Positions 1 to 9,762 of a stretch of DNA of 32,000 bases are shown here, one piece after another. The position numbers and the translations under genes are program-made. Positions within the stretch are counted from its first letter, which is position 1. Every line of letters begins with the position of its first letter. The notes under the pieces were generated by a model. That model was given only the letters and a program-made list of their open reading frames with translations, ran no database searches and was not told the DNA's origin. Origin of the DNA: Pseudoalteromonas tetraodonis (lineage in GTDB: Bacteria > Pseudomonadota > Gammaproteobacteria > Enterobacterales > Alteromonadaceae); NCBI RefSeq assembly GCF_002310835.1, contig NZ_CP011041.1, positions 1,380,001-1,412,000 on the forward strand, in the 5' to 3' direction.

Positions 1-7
1 AGATAAA

Positions 8-430
8 GTGGCGAGTCAGTTTATTTGGTTAGAGTACACCCGGTTTAAAAAAATCCCCAAAGAAGTGAGGAAAATTTTTTCTAAGCGTCGTCAGCAAAAC
101 AAACAGGCGGCGCAATGGCTGCATTTTGCTAGTGAAACTCGGGTAAGTGCTAAAGAATTTTTGCCAGGCTACGATAGCTTGCAGCAAACGCTGCAATTTA
201 ATCTCGCGCCGTTTGCACGTTATTTAAAAAAAGGGGAAGGGAAGCTCTATCATTTAGAAAACAATAAAATTTCTAAACAGGGAGTCGAAAGACGCTATCA
301 GTTAAACATGGTATTGGTTCTAACCGAACCGAATAAAACGCTCTATCAGCGTTACAAAATCACTTTAAACCGCAGTAAAATAGTCAACATAGAGCTTATT
401 TACACCAGCGATGAAAAAAAAGAGGAATAA
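8..430 (+). CDS. Hypothetical protein, possibly 5'-truncated by the window edge
   Basis: 140-aa ORF from the track. The frame is open back to base 2, so the real start may lie upstream of the window. I recognise no family. The stop codon sits inside the hairpin at 422-447. Confidence 0.4.
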   Translation: MASQFIWLEYTRFKKIPKEVRKIFSKRRQQNKQAAQWLHFASETRVSAKEFLPGYDSLQQTLQFNLAPFARYLKKGEGKLYHLENNKISKQGVERRYQLNMVLVLTEPNKTLYQRYKITLNRSKIVNIELIYTSDEKKEE

Positions 431-447
431 CATACGTTATTCCTTTG
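422..447. terminator. Hairpin between convergent genes, a possible bidirectional terminator
   Basis: GGAATAAC (424-431) / loop ATAC / GTTATTCC (436-443), followed by TTT. It lies between the + ORF ending at 430 and the - ORF ending at 454. Confidence 0.5.
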
Positions 448-453
448 TTGTCC

Positions 454-708
454 TTATTTATCCGTTAGCCCTTTTTTGCTGTAAAGCGTTACTTTGTCTG
501 ATACCAGGGTAATTTCGATGTTTTTAGCGTCATCACCCCAAGTACAGCTAGTATGTAATGTTTTTTCTACACAGTTATCAGCACTGCCTAAAAGTGCTTC
601 AACTTCTGTTTTGTCCATACCAATTTTAATTTTTTCGTAATTTTCCATGCTTACTTTTGAACAAGCAGCAAGACTCAGTGCTGCAGCAATTATTAGGAGC
701 TTCTTCAT
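454..708 (-). CDS. Small lipoprotein, DUF3862/BLIP-like fold family
   Basis: I start it at ATG 708 (MKKLLIIAAALSLAAC), with an AGGA Shine-Dalgarno 9-12 nt upstream and an LAAC lipobox. The motif ENYEKIKIGMDKTEVEALLG is typical of DUF3862-type lipoproteins, from memory. The track's longer 99-aa version is probably over-extended. Confidence 0.65.
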   Translation of the reverse strand: MKKLLIIAAALSLAACSKVSMENYEKIKIGMDKTEVEALLGSADNCVEKTLHTSCTWGDDAKNIEITLVSDKVTLYSKKGLTDK

Positions 709-724
709 TATTATTTTCCTACTG

Positions 725-1561
725 TTAATGGTTAAATTTTCGAATTTGTACAATCATACCCATACGAGGATGATCAAAGTAATGAATATCTTCGCTGAAA
801 ACGCGTCTAAATTGTGAAAAACGGGCTGATTCTAGCTCACCATTATCTTGCTTTTCACTAATGTCGAAATCCGCATTAATGTATAAATAATGGCGTAAAT
901 GTATTTTCAATAAGCCATCTAACTCCCATTTCATGGTCGGAGACTGTGCTTTATTAAACAATGGCTCAGGAGTATCAAGTAAGCTAATAAAGTCGGAATT
1001 GGCGTAACTAAAACCGGTGTTCATATTGTTTTTTAATTGGTTGCCTGCAAATAAGTGCATACTAGGGGAGCGTGATTTACTTGCGCCTTCAAACCGCCAG
1101 CCGGTATGTAATATAGGGGTGAGTCCTTTGCGGTCTAAAGCTTGACGTTGCGATTCGAACTGCAATTGCTCAGGGGCTAACAGGTAAGTTTGCTCCATCG
1201 TCTCTAGTGCTGGTGCCTGAGGGGTTACTGGCAGCACATCGTAACTTTTTACATAATCAATGCTGTCGTTACACGCTGCAGACTGTGGGTTTGAATTAAC
1301 CAAAGTGTCAGCAAATGTGCGTGTTTGAAAGCGTGGGTCACCGTTTATACACGCGTCCATTGCTTGGTTTTTATAAGCAGAGGCCAATAAATCTAAGGTG
1401 TTTTTATCTTCAATGGCGTCATGCTTTAAGCTAAAGTCTTCTTGTAAGTAAGGAGCAGGGCGCTGTTTAAATATTAACACTTCTACTTCAAACCAGCGCT
1501 CTGCAAATGCAGTACTGCTAAATAAGCAGCATAAAATAACCAGCGATTTTTTCAGCAACAT
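725..1561 (-). CDS. Secreted CsiV-family (peptidoglycan-associated) protein
   Basis: Signal peptide MLLKKSLVILCCLFSSTAFA, then ERWFEVEVLIFKQ, the N-terminal signature I associate with the CsiV/DUF2803 family. It sits immediately downstream of mfd, as in Vibrio. The start ATG overlaps the mfd stop (TAATG), which suggests translational coupling. Confidence 0.55.
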   Translation of the reverse strand: MLLKKSLVILCCLFSSTAFAERWFEVEVLIFKQRPAPYLQEDFSLKHDAIEDKNTLDLLASAYKNQAMDACINGDPRFQTRTFADTLVNSNPQSAACNDSIDYVKSYDVLPVTPQAPALETMEQTYLLAPEQLQFESQRQALDRKGLTPILHTGWRFEGASKSRSPSMHLFAGNQLKNNMNTGFSYANSDFISLLDTPEPLFNKAQSPTMKWELDGLLKIHLRHYLYINADFDISEKQDNGELESARFSQFRRVFSEDIHYFDHPRMGMIVQIRKFNH

Positions 1562-4500
1562 TAATGGCTAACCTTTTTTTCGAAATCTGCAATCATAGCA
1601 GTGATCATTTTTAAGCGTTCACGGGCATTCGCCTCGCTAATGGCAAAGCGTAATTTATTTGCGCCATCCATTTTATAAATGTGTGGCGCACTTTGTATCA
1701 AACCAATAATGAAGCTAGGATTAACCTTGGTATTTTGACTAAACTCAAAGTAGCCTCCTTTCGGGTTAGCTTCTATTTTGGTTATGCCCAAATTGCTCGC
1801 CTGCATTTTTAGTTGTTGTAAACTAAATAGGTTTTTAGCTGCATCAGGTAATAAACCAAATCGATCTATCAATTCTACTTGCAGTTCATCAATATCAGCA
1901 AGGTTAGCACAACTTGCTACACGCTTGTACATACCTAAACGCGCGTTAACATCATGAATATAATCATCAGGTAACAAGGCAGGTAGCTTTAAATCAACTT
2001 CGGTTTGTTTTTGTAATAAATTTTCAAGGGTTGGCTCTTGACCATTTTTAAGCGCGTTAACAGCCTGTTCAAGCATTTCCATGTATAAATTAAAGCCAAT
2101 GGTTTGTATTTGTCCAGATTGATCGTCTCCTAATAGCTCACCGGCACCACGAATTTCTAAATCGTGGGTTGCTAAGGCAAAGCCTGCGCCTAAATCTTCT
2201 AATGAGGCAATGGCATCTAAACGCTTTTTCGCATCTTTAGAGAGCGCTTTAGGGTTACCTGTGAGTAAATAAGCATAGGCTTGGTGATGACTTCTACCAA
2301 CACGTCCGCGTAATTGATGCAGCTGAGCAAGACCGAGTTTATCGGCTCTGTCCATAATAATGGTATTTGCTGTGGGTACATCAATGCCGGTTTCAATAAT
2401 CGTAGTACATACCAGTACATTGTATTTTTGGTGATAAAAATCGGTCATGATCTGCTCAAGCTCTTGCTCTCGCATTTGCCCGTGGGCTGAGGTAACTGTT
2501 GCCTCAGGCACCCATTCGCTAATTTCTTGAGCAACACGCTCAATGGTTTCTACATTGTTGTGTAAAAAGTACACCTGGCCGCCGCGTTTAATTTCACGCA
2601 GTACCGCTTCGCGAATAAGCTCTTCGTCGCGTTGGCGCACAAACGTTTTAACGGCTAAGCGTTTAGCCGGTGGGGTAGCAATAATAGATAAATCGCGCAT
2701 ACCACTCATGGCCATATTTAAAGTACGGGGGATAGGCGTAGCGGTCAGGGTGAGTATGTCAACATCAGCTCTCAGGGCTTTAATTTTTTCTTTTTGGCGC
2801 ACCCCAAATCGGTGTTCTTCATCAACAATTAACAGGCCTAAATCTTTAAAGTTGATGTCTTGTTGAATTAGTTTGTGCGTGCCAATAACCACATCAAGCT
2901 TGCCATTACTCATTTTTTCAAGGGTTTCTTTTTGCTCTTTGGTCGAATTAAAACGTGACAGCACACCCACTTCAATTGGAAAATCAGCAAAGCGGTCTTT
3001 AAAATTATCGTAGTGTTGCTGAGCAAGTAGGGTGGTAGGGACTAAAATAGCCACCTGCTTATTATCGTTAACTGCTACAAAGGCTGCACGCATAGCTACT
3101 TCGGTCTTACCAAAACCTACATCACCACATACTAAGCGATCCATGGCTTGTTTTGACTGCATGTCACCAAGCACCGCTTCAATGGCGTTACGTTGATCAT
3201 CCGTTTCTTCAAACGGGAAGCTATCGCTAAATTGGCGATAAGCTTGGCCATCAAGCGTAAACTTATTACCAGGCTTAGCTTGGCGTTGTGCATATATGTC
3301 GAGTAACTCTGCGGCTACATCACGTACTTTTTCGGCGGCGCGCTTTTTCGCTTTATCCCAGGCATCAGAGCCGAGCTTATGCAGTGGCGCACTGGCCTCT
3401 TCACCGCCGGAGTAACGACTAAGCATATGAAGTGCCGATACCGGCACATAAAGCTTTGCTTCACCTGCATAAGTAATAGTTACAAATTCAGTCACCACAC
3501 CGGCGGCATCAATCGTTTGCAGCCCTTGATAACGGCCCACACCATGGTCAAGGTGCACAACCGGTTGACCTTCTTTAAGCTCTGCTAAGTTACGAATTAG
3601 TGCGTCTTGGCTTGCTTCATACTTGTGCTTACGACGTCTGCGTTGTGATACTTTGATCCCAAGCAATTCTTGCTCGGTAATAATGCTCAAGCTTGGTTTA
3701 GTACTAAGCACTACACTTTGCTCAAGCGGACTGACAATTAAACCAACGTCATTACTGCTGTTGGTAAACTGCTCAAAACTATCAAATTCTTTAAATTTTA
3801 AGCCGCTAGGTTTTAATATACTCAGTAATGATTCGCGTCGACCGTCCGACTCAACACTGATGACAACTCGGCCTTTTTTCTTTTTTTGTTCTGCCACATA
3901 ATTTATAAATGCATCGTAGGGTTGATGTTGTTTATGATCGATGCGTACATTGGGCAATTCATTAACTGCGAGGTTTTTATTACCTGCTTTGGTGCCTAGC
4001 TTTGCTTGCGATAGGCGAATGCGGCCATAATTGCCTAAATTGGAAAACAGCTCATTAATTGGCTGATATAATTCATCGGGCGGTAATAGTGGACGCAGAG
4101 GATCTACACGGCGGTTCTCATAACGCACATTAACATCGTGCCAAAAGTTATCCGCTGCATGCTCTAAATCCCCTAACTGCATGACGGTTGTTGAGTCAGG
4201 TAAGTAGTCGAATATGGTTGCTAAGCCTTCAAAAAACAGCGGCATGTAATACTCTATACCTGCTGGCCAATTGCCTTTACTGACCTGCATGTAGACTGAG
4301 TCTTGCTCAGCACTTGCGCCAAATTTTTCACGATAGCTTATTCTGAAACGTTCAATATCTGATTCGTTAGTAGGGAACTCATGAGCAGGCAGTAGCTCAA
4401 TTTTGTCTACTTTTTCGTCTGAGCGCTGAGTTTCCACATCAAATAAACGGATGGTATCTAGCTCATCATCAAAAAAGTCGAGCCTAAATGGATGCTTACT

Positions 4501-5034
4501 CCCCATGGGGTATAAATCAACAATAGAGCCGCGTATGGCATATTCGCCATGTTCCATGACTTGTTGCACATGTAAGTAACCCGCTTGCTCTAAATTTTCT
4601 CGCAGGGCATGGGTGTCTAATCTATCGCCTACTTTAAAATTCAGCGTTGAGCCGTATATAAATGATGCTGGTGCAGTACGCAGCATCAAGGTTGATACCG
4701 GCACAATGAGCACGCTTTGTTGCTCTTTTTTCAGTGTATTGAGTGTTGCTAAGCGCGCTGAAATAATATCTTGGTGGGGAGAGAAGTGATCATAAGGCAA
4801 TGTTTCCCAATCTGGAAAAACCATCACTGGGTTATCAGGCAGCAAGTACTCTAATTCTGTTTCAAGGCGCAGAGCACTTGGAGTATCAGGGGTAACAATT
4901 AACACCAAGTTATCTTGCTGTTTTACACCTTGTGCAATAGCAATGCTTAAGCCACTGCCTAAAAGTTCGCCCCATTGAATTTTATCTTTTTGAGATTTTA
5001 CCCAAGGCAAGGCTGCCCATTGCTCAAACGCCAT
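1561..5034 (-). CDS. mfd: Transcription-repair coupling factor Mfd
   Basis: 1157 aa (about 1150 aa in E. coli Mfd, from memory). It has a UvrB-homology N-terminus, the Walker A motif GDVGFGKTEVA, the DEEH box (LLIVDEEHRFG), helicase motif VI (QLRGRVGRS) and a TRG/CarD-like region. Confidence 0.97.
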   Translation of the reverse strand: MAFEQWAALPWVKSQKDKIQWGELLGSGLSIAIAQGVKQQDNLVLIVTPDTPSALRLETELEYLLPDNPVMVFPDWETLPYDHFSPHQDIISARLATLNTLKKEQQSVLIVPVSTLMLRTAPASFIYGSTLNFKVGDRLDTHALRENLEQAGYLHVQQVMEHGEYAIRGSIVDLYPMGSKHPFRLDFFDDELDTIRLFDVETQRSDEKVDKIELLPAHEFPTNESDIERFRISYREKFGASAEQDSVYMQVSKGNWPAGIEYYMPLFFEGLATIFDYLPDSTTVMQLGDLEHAADNFWHDVNVRYENRRVDPLRPLLPPDELYQPINELFSNLGNYGRIRLSQAKLGTKAGNKNLAVNELPNVRIDHKQHQPYDAFINYVAEQKKKKGRVVISVESDGRRESLLSILKPSGLKFKEFDSFEQFTNSSNDVGLIVSPLEQSVVLSTKPSLSIITEQELLGIKVSQRRRRKHKYEASQDALIRNLAELKEGQPVVHLDHGVGRYQGLQTIDAAGVVTEFVTITYAGEAKLYVPVSALHMLSRYSGGEEASAPLHKLGSDAWDKAKKRAAEKVRDVAAELLDIYAQRQAKPGNKFTLDGQAYRQFSDSFPFEETDDQRNAIEAVLGDMQSKQAMDRLVCGDVGFGKTEVAMRAAFVAVNDNKQVAILVPTTLLAQQHYDNFKDRFADFPIEVGVLSRFNSTKEQKETLEKMSNGKLDVVIGTHKLIQQDINFKDLGLLIVDEEHRFGVRQKEKIKALRADVDILTLTATPIPRTLNMAMSGMRDLSIIATPPAKRLAVKTFVRQRDEELIREAVLREIKRGGQVYFLHNNVETIERVAQEISEWVPEATVTSAHGQMREQELEQIMTDFYHQKYNVLVCTTIIETGIDVPTANTIIMDRADKLGLAQLHQLRGRVGRSHHQAYAYLLTGNPKALSKDAKKRLDAIASLEDLGAGFALATHDLEIRGAGELLGDDQSGQIQTIGFNLYMEMLEQAVNALKNGQEPTLENLLQKQTEVDLKLPALLPDDYIHDVNARLGMYKRVASCANLADIDELQVELIDRFGLLPDAAKNLFSLQQLKMQASNLGITKIEANPKGGYFEFSQNTKVNPSFIIGLIQSAPHIYKMDGANKLRFAISEANARERLKMITAMIADFEKKVSH

Positions 5035-5053
5035 TAATTACTCCATTAAATTA

Positions 5054-5074
5054 GGCTCTTAACGAGTAAGAGCC
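5054..5074 (-). terminator. Hairpin downstream of aguB
   Basis: GGCTCTTA / loop ACGAG / TAAGAGCC, an 8-bp stem 11 nt after the aguB stop on the minus strand. It is followed by an A/T-rich tail, but the T-tract is weak. Confidence 0.4.
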
Positions 5075-5084
5075 ACATTATTAT

Positions 5085-5978
5085 TTAGTCACGGTAAATT
5101 TTTGTTAAATCTTGATAATGATCAATTCTACGGTCGCGTAAATACGGCCAGATACGTCTTACGTTCTCGCTGCGTTTTTGATCAAGTTTTACCATTAATA
5201 TTTGTTCATTTTGGTTATCAGCCTCTGCCAACATTTCACCTTGAGGGCCTGCAATAAACGAGTTGCCCCAAAATTGAATACCGTCACTTTGACCGCTCGG
5301 GTCGCGCTCAAGGCCAACACGGTTACAACTAATCACCGGAACGCCATTAGCAACCGCATGCGCTCGCTGTGAAATAACCCAAGCATCTTTTTGGCGGGTT
5401 TGCTCGTCTTTATCATCGCGAGGGTCCCAGCCAATAGCTGTTGGGTAAATTAAAAGCTCAGCACCGGCCATTGCCATTAAACGCGCGGCTTCAGGAAACC
5501 ATTGATCCCAACATACCAGTACACCTAGTTTACCTACTGAGGTTTGAATAGGCTCAAAGCCTAAGTCCCCAGGAGTAAAGTAAAACTTTTCATAAAACCC
5601 TGGGTCGTCTGGAATATGCATTTTACGGTATTTACCTGCAATGCTGCCGTCTTTTTCAAGCACCACGGCGGTATTGTGGTAAAGGCCCGTAGCACGTTTT
5701 TCAAATAATGACGCTACAATCACAATACCAAGCTCTTTGGCGAGTTCACCTAAAATATTACTACTTGGGCCTGGTATTGTTTCGGCCAAATCAAATACAT
5801 CAACGTCTTCGGTTTGGCAAAAATATAAACTACGGTGTAATTCTTGAAGTACAACAAGTTGCGCGCCTTTACTTGCTGCATCGCGAATGCCCGCAATTGA
5901 CTTTTCAATGTTATGTTCAGCGTTGTCACTGTTGCTTTGTTGCACTAAGGCAACTGATAAATGTGCAGGGCTTGTCAT
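5085..5978 (-). CDS. aguB: N-carbamoylputrescine amidase (carbon-nitrogen hydrolase family)
   Basis: 297 aa of the nitrilase/CN-hydrolase superfamily, with motifs VVLQELH, YRKMHIP and the catalytic-Cys context GVLVCWDQWFPE. It overlaps the upstream agmatine deiminase gene by 4 nt (ATGA). Confidence 0.85.
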   Translation of the reverse strand: MTSPAHLSVALVQQSNSDNAEHNIEKSIAGIRDAASKGAQLVVLQELHRSLYFCQTEDVDVFDLAETIPGPSSNILGELAKELGIVIVASLFEKRATGLYHNTAVVLEKDGSIAGKYRKMHIPDDPGFYEKFYFTPGDLGFEPIQTSVGKLGVLVCWDQWFPEAARLMAMAGAELLIYPTAIGWDPRDDKDEQTRQKDAWVISQRAHAVANGVPVISCNRVGLERDPSGQSDGIQFWGNSFIAGPQGEMLAEADNQNEQILMVKLDQKRSENVRRIWPYLRDRRIDHYQDLTKIYRD

Positions 5979-7030
5979 TGTGCTGCTCCAGCTAAAAATC
6001 CACGGGGTAATTGCATTGTAATGCAGTGAAGACTGCCAAATTGCTCAATAATAGGTAAACAATTTACACCAATAATTGTGTGCTCTGGGTATGCCTTTTG
6101 AACTTGCGTTAAAGCGCGTTGGTCGCTTGCATCGTCATAAGTAGGCACTAATACCGTATTATTAATAATTAAGTAATTTGCATAGGTGGCGGGTAGACGC
6201 GTATTTTCATCATCATACACGGCTTTTGGCCACGGTAACTCAATTAGCTTATATGGGGTGTTATCAGCGGTTTTAAAGCTTTTTAGTTGTTTTTCCATGG
6301 CATCTAGCGCGCTAAAATGCTCATCGCTTTTATCGTCACATTGCACATACACAAGGGTATTATTTGGTGCAAAACGCACTAAGGTATCAATGTGGCTGTC
6401 GGTGTCGTCACCTGCTAAATAGCCATGATCAACCCATAAAAAGTCTGTTGCGCCCAAGTGCGCTTTTAAAAGCGCTTCTATGTCACTTGGGTTTAAATTT
6501 GGGTTACGGTTTTTATTAAGCAAACATTCGCTGGTTGTTAGCAACACACCATGCTCGTTTATTTCAATACCGCCACCTTCAAGTACCATATCGAGCGCTT
6601 GATAGTGGTTTTTTTTGCTACTTAACTCTTTTACCAAAGTACGATTAATTTGATTATCTAATGCGCTTTCAAATTTATTGCCCCAACCATTGAAAGTAAA
6701 ATCATATACTTTTAGTTGCTCGGGTGAGTCAATAGCGCTACAAGTAAGCGGGCCATGATCGCGAGCCCACGTATCATTGGTAGGGGTTACTACAAAATGA
6801 ACACGATTCAAAGGGATGTTAGCGCTATTTAGCAATGCTGTAATATGCATTTTTAAGGCGCTATTATGCGCCACAATCACAAGCTTTTGCTGCGTTGTTA
6901 TATGCTTAGCAAGCTCAATATATACAGGTTCTACACGGGCTAAATTATCAGCCCAATCTGTGTCTTTATGCGGCCATGTAAGCATAACAGCGTCTTGCTC
7001 GGCCCATTCAGGTAAAAGTCTAAAGTTCAT
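5975..7030 (-). CDS. aguA: Agmatine deiminase
   Basis: 351 aa with typical agmatine deiminase/PAD_porph motifs: LPEWAEQDAVMLTWPH, TWARDHGP, GGGIE, DTDSHIDTLVRF and the C-terminal GSLHCITMQ with the catalytic Cys. Confidence 0.9.
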   Translation of the reverse strand: MNFRLLPEWAEQDAVMLTWPHKDTDWADNLARVEPVYIELAKHITTQQKLVIVAHNSALKMHITALLNSANIPLNRVHFVVTPTNDTWARDHGPLTCSAIDSPEQLKVYDFTFNGWGNKFESALDNQINRTLVKELSSKKNHYQALDMVLEGGGIEINEHGVLLTTSECLLNKNRNPNLNPSDIEALLKAHLGATDFLWVDHGYLAGDDTDSHIDTLVRFAPNNTLVYVQCDDKSDEHFSALDAMEKQLKSFKTADNTPYKLIELPWPKAVYDDENTRLPATYANYLIINNTVLVPTYDDASDQRALTQVQKAYPEHTIIGVNCLPIIEQFGSLHCITMQLPRGFLAGAAQ

Positions 7031-7144
7031 GGATTTTTAATACAAATAAAGATGGGGCTAGTTTAGCAGTTCAATTACTGCTAAGTCACTTCTAAATGAG
7101 CGTTTGGCTCACAATTTTAAAGCGATTTGAGAAGTAAATAAACG

Positions 7145-7753
7145 CTAGCTTTTATCGTTTGTACTCTCTTTGGCTTTTTCAAGTTGCTGGCGCTTTTTAA
7201 GCTGGCGAGTTTGCGCATGTAAGCTGGCTCTTACAACCAGCTCTTGGTCGCTGTCTCTTATTGATACAAATAACAGGGTATATTGGTAGTGCTCATTATC
7301 TTGTTTTTCAATGGCAACCACTTCGCTATAACAATACACCGCAGAGGCCTCGTGTTGTAAAAAAAGTTTAGTACGAAACTTTTGCCCTAATGTATACAAA
7401 TGTTCACTGGTAAACTTAATGCCGCCACCGCCGTAACTGTCGCAATAGATTGAGTTATCTTCAGGTTGTTCAGAGGCTAAAATATGACTCATGATCAAAT
7501 CTATTTTGCGCGATTGAGCTTGTAAAAAAGTAGTTAGTTCTTGGGCAATATCACCTAAATTACGCAAAGGACCTAAGGCGCTTTGCTCTAAACTGCTTAC
7601 TTCGTTAGCAAGTTTAAATAAAGGCGGAATATCAGCCTCAAGTTCAGCTAAGCTTTTTGGCACAGCCGAATCATCTACGGCAAACAGATTGACGCGATTA
7701 CTTTCATCAATTTGAAAATAAAGCTCAAAATCTGATAATTTTTGATTATTCAT
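7145..7753 (-). CDS. PilZ-like domain protein with degenerate c-di-GMP motifs
   Basis: 202 aa with AGGAG 6 nt upstream of the ATG. The C-terminal half has a PilZ-like beta-barrel pattern (CDSYGGGGIKF resembles D/NxSxxG). The upstream RxxxR motif is not evident; only QSRKIDL is there. Confidence 0.45.
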   Translation of the reverse strand: MNNQKLSDFELYFQIDESNRVNLFAVDDSAVPKSLAELEADIPPLFKLANEVSSLEQSALGPLRNLGDIAQELTTFLQAQSRKIDLIMSHILASEQPEDNSIYCDSYGGGGIKFTSEHLYTLGQKFRTKLFLQHEASAVYCYSEVVAIEKQDNEHYQYTLLFVSIRDSDQELVVRASLHAQTRQLKKRQQLEKAKESTNDKS

Positions 7754-8053
7754 ATGTAACTCCTATCCGTTAATAGTAGCGTTGCGACTACTAAATTACT
7801 ACACAACACGCCAATAAAATTAAGCTAAATATCTGTTTGCCCTCATTATAAAAAGCCAAATCAACTAAAATTGCGCTAACTTTCAATATTTACCAAACAG
7901 GCATAATGATTAAAAAAGTTTTAAAAGGTAATACGTTTACATTGCACTATGTATGTTAGCAACTAATAAATAACCAATAATTAACAAAACTCCTTGTAAT
8001 TAGCCCTAAAACTCGTAATCTTACGGTAATAATAATAACAAGGGACTACCCAC

Positions 8054-8611
8054 GTGGCTCGAGGACTTAAATTAGCCAGTACATTCTCAGACATATCCAC
8101 GCAACTGCGGCGCTTCGTGTCTAAAATTGTGTTGCCTGACGATGTTGATGATATTGTTCAAGAAACCTTTGTTAAAAGTTATGAAGCTGAATTAAAGCAA
8201 GATATTCAATACACCCGTAGCTACATGTTAAAAACAGCTAAACACCTAGCACTTAATCATATAGCTAAATGGGATAATAAATTTAGTACCCCTTTAAATC
8301 ACGAAACTGAACTCCCCAAATTGCTTAAATCAATGCAATTAGAAGACGAATACACCTCTAAAGAACGTTTTTTATTATTTTGTCGGGCGACTGAGCAATT
8401 AAGTCCTGTTGTAAGAAAGTGCTTTATTTTAAAAAAAGTCTATGGAATGAGCCAAAAAGAGATCGCACAGCAAATGCAGCTAAGTCAAAGTACGGTAGAA
8501 AAACACATTGCCAAAGGGTTATTAAATACCATGCTATATATGCGCGAACAGTCACACGATGAGAGCGACCATTGCCAACAAAGTGCGGACATAATGAGGG
8601 CAGCAAAATGA
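8054..8611 (+). CDS. ECF (group IV) RNA polymerase sigma factor, FecI-like
   Basis: 185 aa from a GTG start. The region-2 pattern is DDIVQETFVKSYE...YMLKTAKHLALNHI. The region-4 helix-turn-helix is MSQKEIAQQMQLSQSTVEKHIAKGL. Its stop overlaps the FecR start (ATGA). Confidence 0.85.
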   Translation: MARGLKLASTFSDISTQLRRFVSKIVLPDDVDDIVQETFVKSYEAELKQDIQYTRSYMLKTAKHLALNHIAKWDNKFSTPLNHETELPKLLKSMQLEDEYTSKERFLLFCRATEQLSPVVRKCFILKKVYGMSQKEIAQQMQLSQSTVEKHIAKGLLNTMLYMREQSHDESDHCQQSADIMRAAK

Positions 8612-9684
8612 ATAACATCCATCAATTTACTTCAAAAGAATTAATCTTAGAAAAAGCATCGCAATGGATCAGTGCTATTGACCGTGGCCTTACAAAAGAA
8701 GAGCAAGAACAATTTAAACTGTGGATGCTACAAAGTACTGCTCATCAAAATGCGGTGTATGAATTAGCTCAGCTTTGGGATGACCTGAGTGTACTTAACG
8801 AACTCAGCGTATTATTTCCAAATAAACAATCGGCTAATAGCAAAACAAAGCCTGCGTATGTATTTGGCATGGCAGCAAGTATTGTTGCTGCATTAATGAT
8901 GTGCAGCTATTTATTGCTAAATATAGATAGCAATTTCAACAAAAATTTAGCTAAAGTAAATTATACAAAAATTTATAAAACAAAGGTTGGCGAGCAAGCA
9001 ACCTATGTTTTACCAGATGGCACAATAGTTCAGCTTAATACCAATAGTTCATTGGAAGTAGCTTATAGCCAAGGGCGCAGACAGTTATTACTAAGCCGTG
9101 GGGAAGGACGTTTTAACGTAGCTAAAGATGCATCACGACCATTTAGTGTGATGGCGGGTGACAAAAGCTTTACCGCACTTGGTACAGTCTTTAATGTGCA
9201 GCGCAATACCTCATCAGATCTCGAGTTGGTAGTCACTGAAGGTAAAGTGATGATCACCGATCCCAGTGTTGCTGTTAATGCTGACGATTTTAAAGCTTAT
9301 CAGCAAGCGAGCAACAGTAACCAAGAAATCCGCAAAATCAATGCCAATATTGTGATATCAGGTGAAAAAGCAGTTATTGAACAAAGCGTTACAAAACCAA
9401 TCACACAGTTATCGGTTGATGACGTACAACGTGATTTAGCTTGGCAAAATGGCATGTTGATTTTTAATGGTGAACAGTTGGTTGATGCCTTAAACGAGGT
9501 TAGCCGTTATACCGCCACGCGGTTTGAATTATCATCTGATGAATTAGCGCGCATTAAAGTGGCTGGCGTCTTTAAAGCAGGTGATGTTGCAGGGCTGTTA
9601 GAGAGCTTACAAAATAATTTTTCAATTGAGCATGAACGTTTAGGCGAGCATGTTGTTAGTTTAAAATATCAAAAAAAATCATAG
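8608..9684 (+). CDS. FecR-family transmembrane anti-sigma factor / sensor
   Basis: I start it at ATG 8608 (MNNIHQF...), overlapping the sigma gene stop. It has an N-terminal anti-sigma domain (ASQWISAIDRGLTKEEQEQFKLWM), a single TM segment (AYVFGMAASIVAALMMCSYLLL) and a periplasmic FecR domain (LPDGTIVQLNTNS...GEGRFNV). Confidence 0.85.
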   Translation: MNNIHQFTSKELILEKASQWISAIDRGLTKEEQEQFKLWMLQSTAHQNAVYELAQLWDDLSVLNELSVLFPNKQSANSKTKPAYVFGMAASIVAALMMCSYLLLNIDSNFNKNLAKVNYTKIYKTKVGEQATYVLPDGTIVQLNTNSSLEVAYSQGRRQLLLSRGEGRFNVAKDASRPFSVMAGDKSFTALGTVFNVQRNTSSDLELVVTEGKVMITDPSVAVNADDFKAYQQASNSNQEIRKINANIVISGEKAVIEQSVTKPITQLSVDDVQRDLAWQNGMLIFNGEQLVDALNEVSRYTATRFELSSDELARIKVAGVFKAGDVAGLLESLQNNFSIEHERLGEHVVSLKYQKKS

Positions 9685-9762
9685 GTAATGGTAATGAAAA
9701 TCACGCCATTGTTAATCAATGTTACTCATAAGGGTGTAAAAAGTAATTTAAAGATTAAAAAA

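Noticed and set aside
1561-7040. Antisense or nested ORFs inside mfd, aguB and aguA (2217-2420, 2543-2866, 3379-3588, 3623-3901, 5708-5995, 6186-6422, 6816-7040)
   Set aside because: All are short, lie wholly within strongly supported genes on the opposite strand or an alternative frame, and have low-complexity or Cys/Ser/Leu-rich non-protein-like sequences.
7899-7920. Fur-box-like CATAATGATTAAAAAAG upstream of the ECF sigma gene
   Set aside because: Only one half (ATAATGAT) matches the GATAATGATAATCATTATC consensus, roughly 11 of 18 positions. The whole region is AT-rich, so the match is not distinguishable from background.
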